From the NCBI RefSeq assembly GCF_009914755.1, contig NC_060939.1: a DNA stretch of 64,000 nt; one strand, given 5' to 3'. Within the stretch, counting starts at the first letter, position 1. The number at the start of each line of letters is the position of its first letter. The position numbers were made by a program, and so were the translations under genes. The notes under the pieces were generated by a model. The model did not search any database, was not told where the DNA came from, and saw only the letters and a program-made list of their open reading frames with translations. The DNA is from the human T2T-CHM13v2.0 reference genome, Homo sapiens. Below are positions 42,201 to 57,445 of the stretch, piece by piece.

Positions 42201-45200
42201 CATTAGTCTCCATTCAATTCCATTAATCTCCATTCCATTCCATTCTACTCCAACTGATTCCATTCCATTCTATTCCTTTCCATTCCATTTCATTCCATTC
42301 CATTCCATTTCATTCCATTCCATTCCATTCGCTTCCATTCCATTCGTGTCCATTCCACTCCAGTCCATTCCATTCGTGTCCATTCCATTCCAGTCCATTC
42401 CATTTGTGTCCACTGCATTCCATTCCACTCCATTCCATATTATTCCATTACACTCCATTCCATTCTATTACTTTCATTTCCATTCAATTCCATTCCATTT
42501 GATTCCATTCCACTCGGTTTCATTCCATTTGAGTACACTCCATTCCATTCCATTCCATTCCATTCCATTCAGTTCCATTCCATTCTGTTCCATTCCATTC
42601 AGTTCCATTGCATTCCATTCCATTCGGTACCATTCCATATTGTTCCATTCGATTCCATTCGAATCCATTCCATTCCAGTCCATTCCATTCGATTCCATTC
42701 CATTCCTTTCAATTCCATTCCATTCCATTCCATTCCACTTGATTCCACTCCATTCCCTTCCACTGCATTCCATTCGATTCCATTCCATTGCATTGCATTC
42801 CATTCCATTGGACTGCATTCCATTCGATTCCATTCCATTCGAATCAATTACATAGCAATCCATTACATTCGAGTCTATTCTATTCCGTTCCATTCGATTT
42901 CGTTCCAATCCATTCGATTCCATTCCATTCGATTCCATTCCATACTATTGCATTCCATTCGATTACATTATATTCGAATAAGTTCCATTCAAGACCATTT
43001 CTTTAGAGTCCATTCTATTTGAGTCCATTCCCTTTGATTCCATAACATTTGAGTCCATTCAATTCCATTCCTTTCGTTTCCATTCCATTTGATGCCATTC
43101 CATTCAATTCTGTTCTACTCGACTCCAATACATTCAATTCCATTCCATCCGATTCCATTACATTCTTTTCATTTCTTATCCATTTCAAGCCATTCCACTC
43201 CATTCCATTCCACTCGTTTCCTTTCCATTCGAGTCCATTCCTCTCCAGTCCATTCCGTTCAATCCATTCCATTCCAGTCCATTCCATTCGAGTCCGTTCC
43301 ATTCCAGTCCAATCCATTCGAGTCAATTCCATCACATTCGATGTCTTTCCATAACGATCCATTCCATTCTATTCCTTTCGATTCCATTCCATTCTATTTC
43401 ATTCCATTCGATTCCCTTCCATTGGACTCCTTTCCATTCGAGTGCATTCCATTCCGTTCCATTTCTTTCCGTTCTGTACGATTCCTACCGTTCGATTTCA
43501 TTTTGTTCCAGTCCATTCCTTTCGCGTCCATTCCATTCCATTTCACTCCATTCGATTCCATTCCACTCGATTCCACTTCGTTCCATTTCATTGCATTCCA
43601 TTCTATTCAACTCTATTGCCTTCCATTCCATTCCATTCGATTACATTCCATGCGATTCCATTCGAAATCGAATCAATTACATTGCAATCCATTACTATTG
43701 AGTCCATTTTATTCCAGTCCACTGCATTCTGGTCCATTCCATTTGATTCCATTCCATTCTATTCCATTCCATACAGTTGCATTCCATTGGATTCCATTCT
43801 ATATCTATAAATTCAATTCGAGACCATTGCTTTTGAATCCATTCTATATGATTCCATTCCATTCAAGTCCATTACATTTGGTTCAATTCCATTCCATTCC
43901 ATTCCCTTCCATTCCATTCCAGTTGATATCAATCCATTCGATTCCATTCCATTCGAGCACATTCCATTCGAGTCCATTCCATTCGATGCCATTCCATTTG
44001 ATTCTATTCCATTAGTCTCCATTCAATTCCATTAATCTCCATTCCATTCCACTCTACTCCAACTGATTCCATTCCATTCTATTCCTTTCCATTCCATTTC
44101 ATTCCATTCCATTCCATTCCATTCCATTCCATTCGCTTCCATTCCATTCGTGTCCATTCCACTCCAGTCCATTCTATTCGTGTCCATTCCATTCCAGTCC
44201 ATTCCATTTGTGTCCACTGCATTCCATTCCACTCCATTCCATATTATTCCATTACACTCCATTCCATTCTATTACTTTCATTTCCATTCAATTCCGTTCC
44301 ATTTGATTCCATTCCACTCGGTTTCATTCCATTTGAGTCCACTCCATTCCATTCCATTCCATTCCGTTCAGTTCCATTCCATTCTGTTCCATTCCATTCC
44401 GTTCCATTGCATTCCATTCCATTCGGTACCATTCCATATTGTTCCATTCGATTCCATTCGAATCCATTCCATTCCAGTCCATTCCATTCGATTCCATTCC
44501 ATTCCTTTCAATTCCATTCCATTCCATTCCATTCCACTTGATTCCACTCCATTCCCTTCCACTGCATTCCATTCGATTCCATTCCATTGCATTGCATTCC
44601 ATTCCATTGGACTGCATTCCATTCGATTCCATTCCATTCGAATCAATTACATAGCAATCCATTACATTCGGGTCTATTCTATTCCGTTCCATTTGATTTC
44701 ATTCCAATCCATTCGATTCCATTCCATACTATTGCATTCCATTCTACTACATTATATTCCAATAAGTTCCATTCAAGACCATTTCTTTTGAGTCCATTCT
44801 ATTTGAGTCCATTCTATTTGAATCCATTCCCTTTGATTCCATAACATTTGAGTCCATTCAATTCCATTCCTTTCGTTTCCATTCCATTTGATGCCATTCC
44901 ATTCAATTCTGTTCTACTCGACTCCAATACATTCAATTCCATTCCATCCGATTCCATTACATTCTTTTCATTTCTTATCCATTTCAAGCCATTCCACTCC
45001 ATTCCATTCCACTCGTTTCCTTTCCATTCGAGTCCATTCCTCTCCAGTCCATTCCGTTCAATCCATTCCATTCCAGTCCATTCCATTCGAGTCCGTTCCA
45101 TTCCAGTCCATTCCATTCGAGTCAATTCCATTCCATTCGATGTCTTTCCATAACGATCCATTCCATTCTATTCCTTTCAATTCCATTCCATTCTATTTCA

Positions 45201-46681
45201 TTCCATTCGATTCCCTTCCATTGGACTCCTTTCCATTCGAGTGCATTCCATTCCGTTCCATTTCTTTCCGTTCTGTACGATTCCTACCGTTCGATTTCAT
45301 TTTGTTCCAGTCCATTCCTTTCGCGTCCATTCCATTCCATTTCACTCCATTCGATTCCATTCCACTCGATTCCATTTCGTTCCATTTCATTGCATTCCAT
45401 TCTATTCAACTCTATTGCCTTCCATTCCATTCCATTCGATTACATTCCATGCGATTCCATTCGAAATCGAATCAATTACATTGCAATCCATTACTATTGA
45501 GTCCGTTTTATTCCAGTCCACTGCATTCTGGTCCAATCCATTTGATTCCATTCCATTTTATTCCATTCCATACAGTTGCATTCCATTGGATTCCATGCTA
45601 TATCTATAAATTCAATTCGAGACCATTGCCTTTGAGTCCATTCTATATGATTCCATTCCATTCAAGTCCATTACATTTGGTTCAATTCCATTCCATTCCA
45701 TTCCCTTCCATTCCATTCCAGTTGATATCAATCCATTCGATTCCATTCCATTCGAGCACATTCCATTCGAGTCCATTCCATTCGATGCCATTCCATTTGA
45801 TTCTATTCCATTAGTCTCCATTCAATTCCATTAATCTCCATTCCATTCCATTCTACTCCAACTGATTCCATTCCATTCTATTCCTTTCCATTCCATTTCA
45901 TTCCATTCCATTCCATTTCATTCCATTCCATTCCATTCGTGTCCATTCCACTCCAGTCCATTCCATTCGTGTCCATTCCATTCCAGTCCATTACATTTGT
46001 GTCCACTGCATTCCATTCCACTCCATTCCATATTATTCCATTACACTCCATTCCATTCTATTACTTTCATTTCCATTCAATTCCATTCCATTTGATTCCA
46101 TTCCACTCGGTTTCATTCCATTTGAGTCCACTCCATTCCATTCCATTCCATTCCATTCAGTTCCATTCCATTCTGTTCCATTCCATTCCGTTCCATTACA
46201 TTCCATTCCATTCGGTACCATTCCATATTGTTCCATTCGATTCCATTCGAATCCATTCCATTCCAGTCCATTCCATTCGATTCCATTCCATTCATTTCAA
46301 TTCCATTCCATTCCATTCCATTACATTCCACTTGATTCCTCTCCATTCCCTTCCACTGCATTCCGTTCGATTCCATTCCATTGCATTGCATTCCATTCCA
46401 TTGGACTGCATTCCATTCGATTCCATTCCATTCGAATCAATTACATAGCAATCCATTACATTCGAGTCTATTCTATTCCGTTCCATTCGATTTCGTTCCA
46501 ATCCATTCGATTCCATTCCATTCGATTCCATTCCATACTATTGCATTCCATTCTATTACATTATATTCGAATAAGTTCCATTCAAGACCATTTCTTTTGA
46601 GTCCATTCTATTTGAGTCCATTCCCTTTGATTCCATAACATTTGAGTCCATTCAATTCCATTCCTTTCGTTTGCATTCCAT

Positions 46682-49600
46682 TTGATGCCATTCCATTCAA
46701 TTCTGTTCTACTCGACTCCAATACATTCAATTCCATTCCATCCGATTCCATTACATTCTTTTCATTTCTTATCCATTTCAAGCCATTCCACTCCATTCCA
46801 TTCCACTCGTTTCCTTTCCATTCGAGTCCATTCCTCTCCAGTCCATTCCGTTCAATCCATTCCATTCCAGTCCATTCCATTCGAGTCCGTTCCATTCCAG
46901 TCCATTCCATTCGAGTCAATTCCATTCCATTCGATGTCTTTCCATAACGATCCATTCCATTCTATTCCTTTCGATTCCATTCCATTCTATTTCATTCCAT
47001 TCGATTCCCTTCCATTGGACTCCTTTCCATTCGAGTGCATTCCATTCCGTTCCATTTCTTTCCGTTCTGTACGATTCCTACCGTTCGATTTCATTTTGTT
47101 CCAGTCCATTCCTTTCGCGTCCATTCCATTCCATTTCACTCCATTCGATTCCATTCCACTCGATTCCACTTCGTTCCATTTCATTGCATTCCATTCTATT
47201 CAACTCTATTGCCTTCCATTCCATTCCATTCGATTACATTCCATGCGATTCCATTCGAAATCGAATCAATTACATTGCAATCCATTACTACTGAGTCCGT
47301 TTTATTCCAGTCCACTGCATTCTGGTCCATTCCATTTGATTCCATTCCATTTTATTCCATTCCATACAGTTGCATTCCATTGGATTCCATGCTATATCTA
47401 TAAATTCAATTCGAGACCATTGCCTTTGAGTCCATTCTATATGATTCCATTCCATTCAAGTCCATTACATTTGGTTCAATTCCATTCCATTCCATTCCCT
47501 TCCATTCCATTCCAGTTGATATCAATCCATTCGATTCCATTCCATTCGAGCACATTCCATTCGAGTCCATTCCATTCGATGCCATTCCATTTGATTCTAT
47601 TCCATTAGTCTCCATTCAATTCCATTAATCTCCATTCCATTCCATTCTACTCCAACTGATTCCATTCCATTCCATTTCATTCCATTCCATTCCATTTCAT
47701 TCCATTCCATTCCATTCGCTTCCATTCCATTCGTGTCCATTCCACTCCAGTCCATTCCATTCGTGTCCATTCCATTCCAGTCCATTCCATTTGTGTCCAC
47801 TGCATTCCATTCCACTCCATTCCATATTATTCCATTACACTCCATTCCATTCTATTACTTTCATTTCCATTCAATTCCATTCCATTTGATTCCATTCCAC
47901 TCGGTTTCATTCCATTTGAGTCCACTCCATTCCATTCCATTCCATTCCATTCAGTTCCATTCCATTCTGTTCCATTCCATTCCGTTCCATTGCATTCCAT
48001 TCCATTCGGTACCATTCCATATTGTTCCATTCGATTCCATTCGAATCCATTCCATTCCAGTCCATTCCATTCGATTCCATTCCATTCCTTTCAATTCCAT
48101 TCCATTCCATTCCATTCCACTTGATTCCACTCCATTCCCTTCCACTGCATTCCATTCGATTCCATTCCATTGCATTGCATTCCATTCCATTGGACTGCAT
48201 TCCATTCGATTCCATTCCATTCGAATCAATTACATAGCAATCCATTACATTCGAGTCTATTCTATTCCGTTCCATTCGATTTCGTTCCAATCCATTCGAT
48301 TCCATTCCATTCGATTCCATTCCATACTATTGCATTCCATTCGATTACATTATATTCGAATAAGTTCCATTCAAGACCATTTCTTTTGAGTCCATTCTAT
48401 TTGAGTCCATTCCCTTTGATTCCATAACATTTGAGTCCATTCAATTCCATTCCTTTCGTTTCCATTCCATTTGATGCCATTCCATTCAATTCTGTTCTAC
48501 TCGACTCCAATACATTCAATTCCATTCCATCCGATTCCATTACATTCTTTTCATTTCTTATCCATTTCAAGCCATTCCACTCCATTCCATTCCACTCGTT
48601 TCCTTTCCATTCGAGTCCATTCCTCTCCAGTCCATTCCGTTCAATCCATTCCATTCCAGTCCATTCCATTCGAGTCCGTTCCATTCCAGTCCAATCCATT
48701 CGAGTCAATTCCATCCCATTCGATGTCTTTCCATAACGATCCATTCCATTCTATTCCTTTCGATTCCATTCCATTCTATTTCATTCCATTCGATTCCCTT
48801 CCATTGGACTCCTTTCCATTCGAGTGCATTCCATTCCGTTCCATTTCTTTCCGTTCTGTACGATTCCTACCGTTCGATTTCATTTTGTTCCAGTCCATTC
48901 CTTTCGCGTCCATTCCATTCCATTTCACTCCATTCGATTCCATTCCACTCGATTCCACTTCGTTCCATTTCATTGCATTCCATTCTATTCAACTCTATTG
49001 CCTTCCATTCCATTCCATTCGATTACATTCCATGCGATTCCATTCGAAATCGAATCAATTACTTTGCAATCCATTACTATTGAGTCCATTTTATTCCAGT
49101 CCACTGCATTCTGGTCCATTCCATTTGATTCCATTCCATTCTATTCCATTCCATACAGTTGCATTCCATTGGATTCCATTCTATATCTATAAATTCAATT
49201 CGAGACCATTGCTTTTGAATCCATTCTATATGATTCCATTCCATTCAAGTCCATTACATTTGGTTCAATTCCATTCCATTCCATTCCCTTCCATTCCATT
49301 CCAGTTGATATCAATCCATTCGATTCCATTCCATTCGAGCACATTCCATTCGAGTCCATTCCATTCGATGCCATTCCATTTGATTCTATTCCATTAGTCT
49401 CCATTCAATTCCATTAATCTCCATTCCATTCCACTCTACTCCAACTGATTCCATTCCATTGTATTCCTTTCCATTCCATTTCATTCCATTCCATTCCATT
49501 CCATTCCATTCCATTCGCTTCCATTCCATTCGTGTCCATTCCACTCCAGTCCATTCCATTCGTGTCCATTCCATTCCAGTCCATTCCATTTGTGTCCACT

Positions 49601-52600
49601 GCATTCCATTCCACTCCATTCCATATTATTCCATTACACTCCATTCCATTCTATTACTTTCATTTCCATTCAATTCCGTTCCATTTGATTCCATTCCACT
49701 CGGTTTCATTCCATTTGAGTCCACTCCATTCCATTCCATTCCATTCCATTCAGTTCCATTCCATTCTGTTCCATTCCATTCCGTTCCATTACATTCCATT
49801 CCATTCGGTACCATTCCATATTGTTCCATTCGATTCCATTCGAATCCATTCCATTCCAGTCCATTCCATTCGATTCCATTCCATTCATTTCAATTCCATT
49901 CCATTCCATTCCATTCCACTTGATTCCTCTCCATTCCCTTCCACTGCATTCCGTTCGATTCCATTCCATTGCATTGCATTCCATTCCATTGGACTGCATT
50001 CCATTCGATTCCATTCCATTCGAATCAATTACATAGCAATCCATTACATTCGAGTCTATTCTATTCCGTTCCATTCGATTTCGTTCCAATCCATTCGATT
50101 CCATTCCATTCGATTCCATTCCATACTATTGCATTCCATTCGATTACGTTATATTCGAATAAGTTCCATTCAAGACCATTTCTTTTGAGTCCATTCTATT
50201 TGAGTCCATTCCCTTTGATTCCATAACATTTGAGTCCATTCAATTCCATTCCTTTCGTTTCCATTCCATTTGATGCCATTCCATTCAATTCTGTTCTACT
50301 CGACTCCAATACATTCAATTCCATTCCATCCGATTCCATTACATTCTTTTCATTTCTTATCCATTTCAAGCCATTCCACTCCATTCCATTCCACTCGTTT
50401 CCTTTCCATTCGAGTCCATTCCTCTCCAGTCCATTCCGTTCAATCCATTCCATTCCAGTCCATTCCATTCGAGTCCGTTCCATTCCAGTCCATTCCATTC
50501 GAGTCAATTCCATTCCATTCGATGTCTTTCCATAACGATCCATTCCATTCTATTCCTTTCGATTCCATTCCATTCTATTTCATTCCATTCGATTCCCTTC
50601 CATTGGACTCCTTTCCATTCGAGTGCATTCCATTCCGTTCCATTTCTTTCCGTTCTGTACGATTCCTACCGTTCGATTTCATTTTGTTCCAGTCCATTCC
50701 TTTCGCGTCCATTCCATTCCATTTCACTCCATTCGATTCCATTCCACTCGATTCCACTTCGTTCCATTTCATTGCATTCCATTCTATTCAACTCTATTGC
50801 CTTCCATTCCATTCCATTCGATTACATTCCATGCGATTCCATTCGAAATCGAATCAATTACATTGCAATCCATTACTACTGAGTCCGTTTTATTCCAGTC
50901 CACTGCATTCTGGTCCATTCCATTTGATTCCATTCCATTTTATTCCATTCCATACAGTTGCATTCCATTGGATTCCATGCTATATCTATAAATTCAATTC
51001 GAGACCATTGCCTTTGAGTCCATTCTATATGATTCCATTCCATTCAAGTCCATTACATTTGGTTCAATTCCATTCCATTCCATTCCCTTCCATTCCATTC
51101 CAGTTGATATCAATCCATTCGATTCCATTCCATTCGAGCACATTCCATTCGAGTCCATTCCATTCGATGCCATTCCATTTGATTCTATTCCATTAGTCTC
51201 CATTCAATTCCATTAATCTCCATTCCATTCCATTCTACTCCAACTGATTCCATTCCATTCCATTTCATTCCATTCCATTCCATTTCATTCCATTCCATTC
51301 CATTCGCTTCCATTCCATTCGTGTCCATTCCACTCCAGTCCATTCCATTCGTGTCCATTCCATTCCAGTCCATTCCATTTGTGTCCACTGCATTCCATTC
51401 CACTCCATTCCATATTATTCCATTACACTCCATTCCATTCTATTACTTTCATTTCCATTCAATTCCATTCCATTTGATTCCATTCCACTCGGTTTCATTC
51501 CATTTGAGTCCACTCCATTCCATTCCATTCCATTCCATTCAGTTCCATTCCATTCTGTTCCATTCCATTCCGTTCCATTGCATTCCATTCCATTCGGTAC
51601 CATTCCATATTGTTCCATTCGATTCCATTCGAATCCATTCCATTCCAGTCCATTCCATTCGATTCCATTCCATTCCTTTCAATTCCATTCCATTCCATTC
51701 CATTCCACTTGATTCCACTCCATTCCCTTCCACTGCATTCCATTCGATTCCATTCCATTGCATTGCATTCCATTCCATTGGACTGCATTCCATTCGATTC
51801 CATTCCATTCGAATCAATTACATAGCAATCCATTACATTCGAGTCTATTCTATTCCGTTCCATTCGATTTCGTTCCAATCCATTCGATTCCATTCCATTC
51901 GATTCCATTCCATACTATTGCATTCCATTCGATTACATTATATTCGAATAAGTTCCATTCAAGACCATTTCTTTTGAGTCCATTCTATTTGAGTCCATTC
52001 CCTTTGATTCCATAACATTTGAGTCCATTCAATTCCATTCCTTTCGTTTCCATTCCATTTGATGCCATTCCATTCAATTCTGTTCTACTCGACTCCAATA
52101 CATTCAATTCCATTCCATCCGATTCCATTACATTCTTTTCATTTCTTATCCATTTCAAGCCATTCCACTCCATTCCATTCCACTCGTTTCCTTTCCATTC
52201 GAGTCCATTCCTCTCCAGTCCATTCCGTTCAATCCATTCCATTCCAGTCCATTCCATTCGAGTCCGTTCCATTCCAGTCCAATCCATTCGAGTCAATTCC
52301 ATCCCATTCGATGTCTTTCCATAACGATCCATTCCATTCTATTCCTTTCGAATCCATTCCATTCTATTTCATTCCATTCGATTCCCTTCCATTGGACTCC
52401 TTTCCATTCGAGTGCATTCCATTCCGTTCCATTTCTTTCCGTTCTGTACGATTCCTACCGTTCGATTTCATTTTGTTCCAGTCCATTCCTTTCGCGTCCA
52501 TTCCATTCCATTTCACTCCATTCGATTCCATTCCACTCGATTCCACTTCGTTCCATTTCATTGCATTCCATTCTATTCAACTCTATTGCCTTCCATTCCA

Positions 52601-55600
52601 TTCCATTCGATTACATTCCATGCGATTCCATTCGAAATCGAATCAATTACTTTGCAATCCATTACTATTGAGTCCATTTTATTCCAGTCCACTGCATTCT
52701 GGTCCATTCCATTTGATTCCATTCCATTCTATTCCATTCCATACAGTTGCATTCCATTGGATTCCATTCTATATCTATAAATTCAATTCGAGACCATTGC
52801 TTTTGAATCCATTCTATATGATTCCATTCCATTCAAGTCCATTACATTTGGTTCAATTCCATTCCATTCCATTCCCTTCCATTCCATTCCAGTTGATATC
52901 AATCCATTCGATTCCATTCCATTCGAGCACATTCCATTCGAGTCCATTCCATTCGATGCCATTCCATTTGATTCTATTCCATTAGTCTCCATTCAATTCC
53001 ATTAATCTCCATTCCATTCCACTCTACTCCAACTGATTCCATTCCATTGTATTCCTTTCCATTCCATTTCATTCCATTCCATTCCATTCCATTCCATTCC
53101 ATTCGCTTCCATTCCATTCGTGTCCATTCCACTCCAGTCCATTCCATTCGTGTCCATTCCATTCCAGTCCATTCCATTTGTGTCCACTGCATTCCATTCC
53201 ACTCCATTCCATATTATTCCATTACACTCCATTCCATTCTATTACTTTCATTTCCATTCAATTCCGTTCCATTTGATTCCATTCCACTCGGTTTCATTCC
53301 ATTTGAGTCCACTCCATTCCATTCCATTCCATTCCATTCAGTTCCATTCCATTCTGTTCCATTCCATTCCGTTCCATTACATTCCATTCCATTCGGTACC
53401 ATTCCATATTGTTCCATTCGATTCCATTCGAATCCATTCCATTCCAGTCCATTCCATTCGATTCCATTCCATTCATTTCAATTCCATTCCATTCCATTCC
53501 ATTCCACTTGATTCCTCTCCATTCCCTTCCACTGCATTCCGTTCGATTCCATTCCATTGCATTGCATTCCATTCCATTGGATTGCATTCCATTCGATTCC
53601 ATTCCATTCGAATCAATTACATAGCAATCCATTACATTCGAGTCTATTCTCTTCCGTTCCATTCGATTTCGTTCCAATCCATTCGATTCCATTCCATTCG
53701 ATTCCATTCCATACTATTGCATTCCATTCGATTACATTATATTCGAATAAGTTCCATTCAAGACCATTTCTTTTGAGTCCATTCTATTTGAGTCCATTCC
53801 CTTTGATTCCATAACATTTGAGTCCATTCAATTCCATTCCTTTCGTTTCCATTCCATTTGATGCCATTCCATTCAATTCTGTTCTACTCGACTCCAATAC
53901 ATTCAATTCCATTCCATCCGATTCCATTACATTCTTTTCATTTCTTATCCATTTCAAGCCATTCCACTCCATTCCATTCCACTCGTTTCCTTTCCATTCG
54001 AGTCCATTCCTCTCCAGTCCATTCCGTTCAATCCATTCCATTCCAGTCCATTCCATTCGAGTCCGTTCCATTCCAGTCCATTCCATTCGAGTCAATTCCA
54101 TTCCATTCGATGTCTTTCCATAACGATCCATTCCATTCTATTCCTTTCGATTCCATTCCATTCTATTTCATTCCATTCGATTCCCTTCCATTGGACTCCT
54201 TTCCATTCGAGTGCATTCCATTCCGTTCCATTTCTTTCCGTTCTGTACGATTCCTACCGTTCGATTTCATTTTGTTCCAGTCCATTCCTTTCGCGTCCAT
54301 TCCATTCCATTTCACTCCATTCGATTCCATTCCACTCGATTCCACTTCGTTCCATTTCATTGCATTCCATTCTATTCAACTCTATTGCCTTCCATTCCAT
54401 TCCATTCGATTACATTCCATGCGATTCCATTCGAAATCGAATCAATTACATTGCAATCCATTACTACTGAGTCCGTTTTATTCCAGTCCACTGCATTCTG
54501 GTCCATTCCATTTGATTCCATTCCATTTTATTCCATTCCATACAGTTGCATTCCATTGGATTCCATGCTATATCTATAAATTCAATTCGAGACCATTGCC
54601 TTTGAGTCCATTCTATATGATTCCATTCCATTCAAGTCCATTACATTTGGTTCAATTCCATTCCATTCCATTCCCTTCCATTCCATTCCAGTTGATATCA
54701 ATCCATTCGATTCCATTCCATTCGAGCACATTCCATTCGAGTCCATTCCATTCGATGCCATTCCATTTGATTCTATTCCATTAGTCTCCATTCAATTCCA
54801 TTAATCTCCATTCCATTCCATTCTACTCCAACTGATTCCATTCCATTCAATTTCATTCCATTCCATTCCATTTCATTCCATTCCATTCCATTCGCTTCCA
54901 TTCCATTCGTGTCCATTCCACTCCAGTCCATTCCATTCGTATCCATTCCATTCCAGTCCATTCCATTTGTGTCCAGTGCATTCCATTCCACTCCATTCCA
55001 TATTATTCCATTACACTCCATTCCATTCTATTACTTTCATTTCCATTCAATTCCATTCCATTTGATTCCATTCCACTCGGTTTCATTCCATTTGAGTCCA
55101 CTCCATTCCATTCCATTCCATTCCATTCAGTTCCATTCCATTCTGTTCCATTCCATTCCGTTCCATTGCATTCCATTCCATTCGGTACCATTCCATATTG
55201 TTCCATTCGATTCCATTCGAATCCATTCCATTCCAGTCCATTCCATTCGATTCCATTCCATTCCTTTCAATTCCATTCCATTCCATTCCATTCCACTTGA
55301 TTCCACTCCATTCCCTTCCACTGCATTCCATTCGATTCCATTCCATTGCATTGCATTCCATTCCATTGGACTGCATTCCATTCGATTCCATTCCATTCGA
55401 ATCAATTACATAGCAATCCATTACATTCGAGTCTATTCTATTCCGTTCCATTCGATTTCGTTCCAATCCATTCGATTCCATTCCATTCGATTCCATTCCA
55501 TACTATTGCATTCCATTCGATTACATTATATTCGAATAAGTTCCATTCAAGACCATTTCTTTAGAGTCCATTCTATTTGAGTCCATTCCCTTTGATTCCA

Positions 55601-57445
55601 TAACATTTGAGTCCATTCAATTCCATTCCTTTCGTTTCCATTCCATTTGATGCCATTCCATTCAATTCTGTTCTACTCGACTCCAATACATTCAATTCCA
55701 TTCCATCCGATTCCATTACATTCTTTTCATTTCTTATCCATTTCAAGCCATTCCACTCCATTCCATTCCACTCGTTTCCTTTCCATTCGAGTCCATTCCT
55801 CTCCAGTCCATTCCGTTCAATCCATTCCATTCCAGTCCATTCCATTCGAGTCCGTTCCATTCCAGTCCAATCCATTCGAGTCAATTCCATCCCATTCGAT
55901 GTCTTTCCATAACGATCCATTCCATTCTATTCCTTTCGATTCCATTCCATTCTATTTCATTCCATTCGATTCCCTTCCATTGGACTCCTTTCCATTCGAG
56001 TGCATTCCATTCCGTTCCATTTCTTTCCGTTCTGTACGATTCCTACCGTTCGATTTCATTTTGTTCCAGTCCATTCCTTTCGCGTCCATTCCATTCCATT
56101 TCACTCCATTCGATTCCATTCCACTCGATTCCACTTCGTTCCATTTCATTGCATTCCATTCTATTCAACTCTATTGCCTTCCATTCCATTCCATTCGATT
56201 ACATTCCATGCGATTCCATTCGAAATCGAATCAATTACATTGCAATCCATTACTATTGAGTCCATTTTATTCCAGTCCACTGCATTCTGGTCCATTCCAT
56301 TTGATTCCATTCCATTCTATTCCATTCCATACAGTTGCATTCCATTGGATTCCATTCTATATCTATAAATTCAATTCGAGACCATTGCTTTTGAATCCAT
56401 TCTATATGATTCCATTCCATTCAAGTCCATTACATTTGGTTCAATTCCATTCCATTCCATTCCCTTCCATTCCATTCCAGTTGATATCAATCCATTCGAT
56501 TCCATTCCATTCGAGCACATTCCATTCGAGTCCATTCCATTCGATGCCATTCCATTTGATTCTATTCCATTAGTCTCCATTCAATTCCATTAATCTCCAT
56601 TCCATTCCACTCTACTCCAACTGATTCCATTCCATTCTATTCCTTTCCATTCCATTTCATTCCATTCCATTCCATTCCATTCCATTCCATTCGCTTCCAT
56701 TCCATTCGTGTCCATTCCACTCCAGTCCATTCCATTCGTGTCCATTCCATTCCAGTCCATTCCATTTGTGTCCACTGCATTCCATTCCACTCCATTCCAT
56801 ATTATTCCATTACACTCCATTCCATTCTATTACTTTCATTTCCATTCAATTCCGTTCCATTTGATTCCATTCCACTCGGTTTCGTTCCATTTGAGTCCAC
56901 TCCATTCCATTCCATTCCATTCCATTCAGTTCCATTCCATTCTGTTCCATTCCATTCCGTTCCATTGCATTCCATTGCATTCGGTACCATTCCATATTGT
57001 TCCATTCGATTCCATTCGAATCCATTCCATTCCAGTCCATTCCATTCGATTCCATTCCATTCCTTTCAATTCCATTCCATTCCATTCCATTCCACTTGAT
57101 TCCACTCCATTCCCTTCCACTGCATTCCATTCGATTCCATTCCATTGCATTGCATTCCATTCCATTGGACTGCATTCCATTCGATTCCATTCCATTCGAA
57201 TCAATTACATAGCAATCCATTACATTCGGGTCTATTCTATTCCGTTCCATTTGATTTCATTCCAATCCATTCGATTCCATTCCATACTATTGCATTCCAT
57301 TGTACTACATTATATTCCAATAAGTTCCATTCAAGACCATTTCTTTTGAGTCCATTCTATTTGAGTCCATTCTATTTGAATGCATTCCCTTTGATTCCAT
57401 AACATTTGAGTCCATTCAATTCCATTCCTTTCGTTTCCATTCCAT
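46682..57445 (+). repeat. Sub-array with 3588-bp dimeric periodicity (1789+1799 bp, three times)
   Basis: Unit lengths alternate 1789/1799. Variant TACTACTGAG at 47291, 50879, 54467 (exact 3588 spacing); TACTTTGCAAT at ~49060 and ~52648; ATTGTATTCC at ~49458 and ~53046. Confidence 0.9.
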
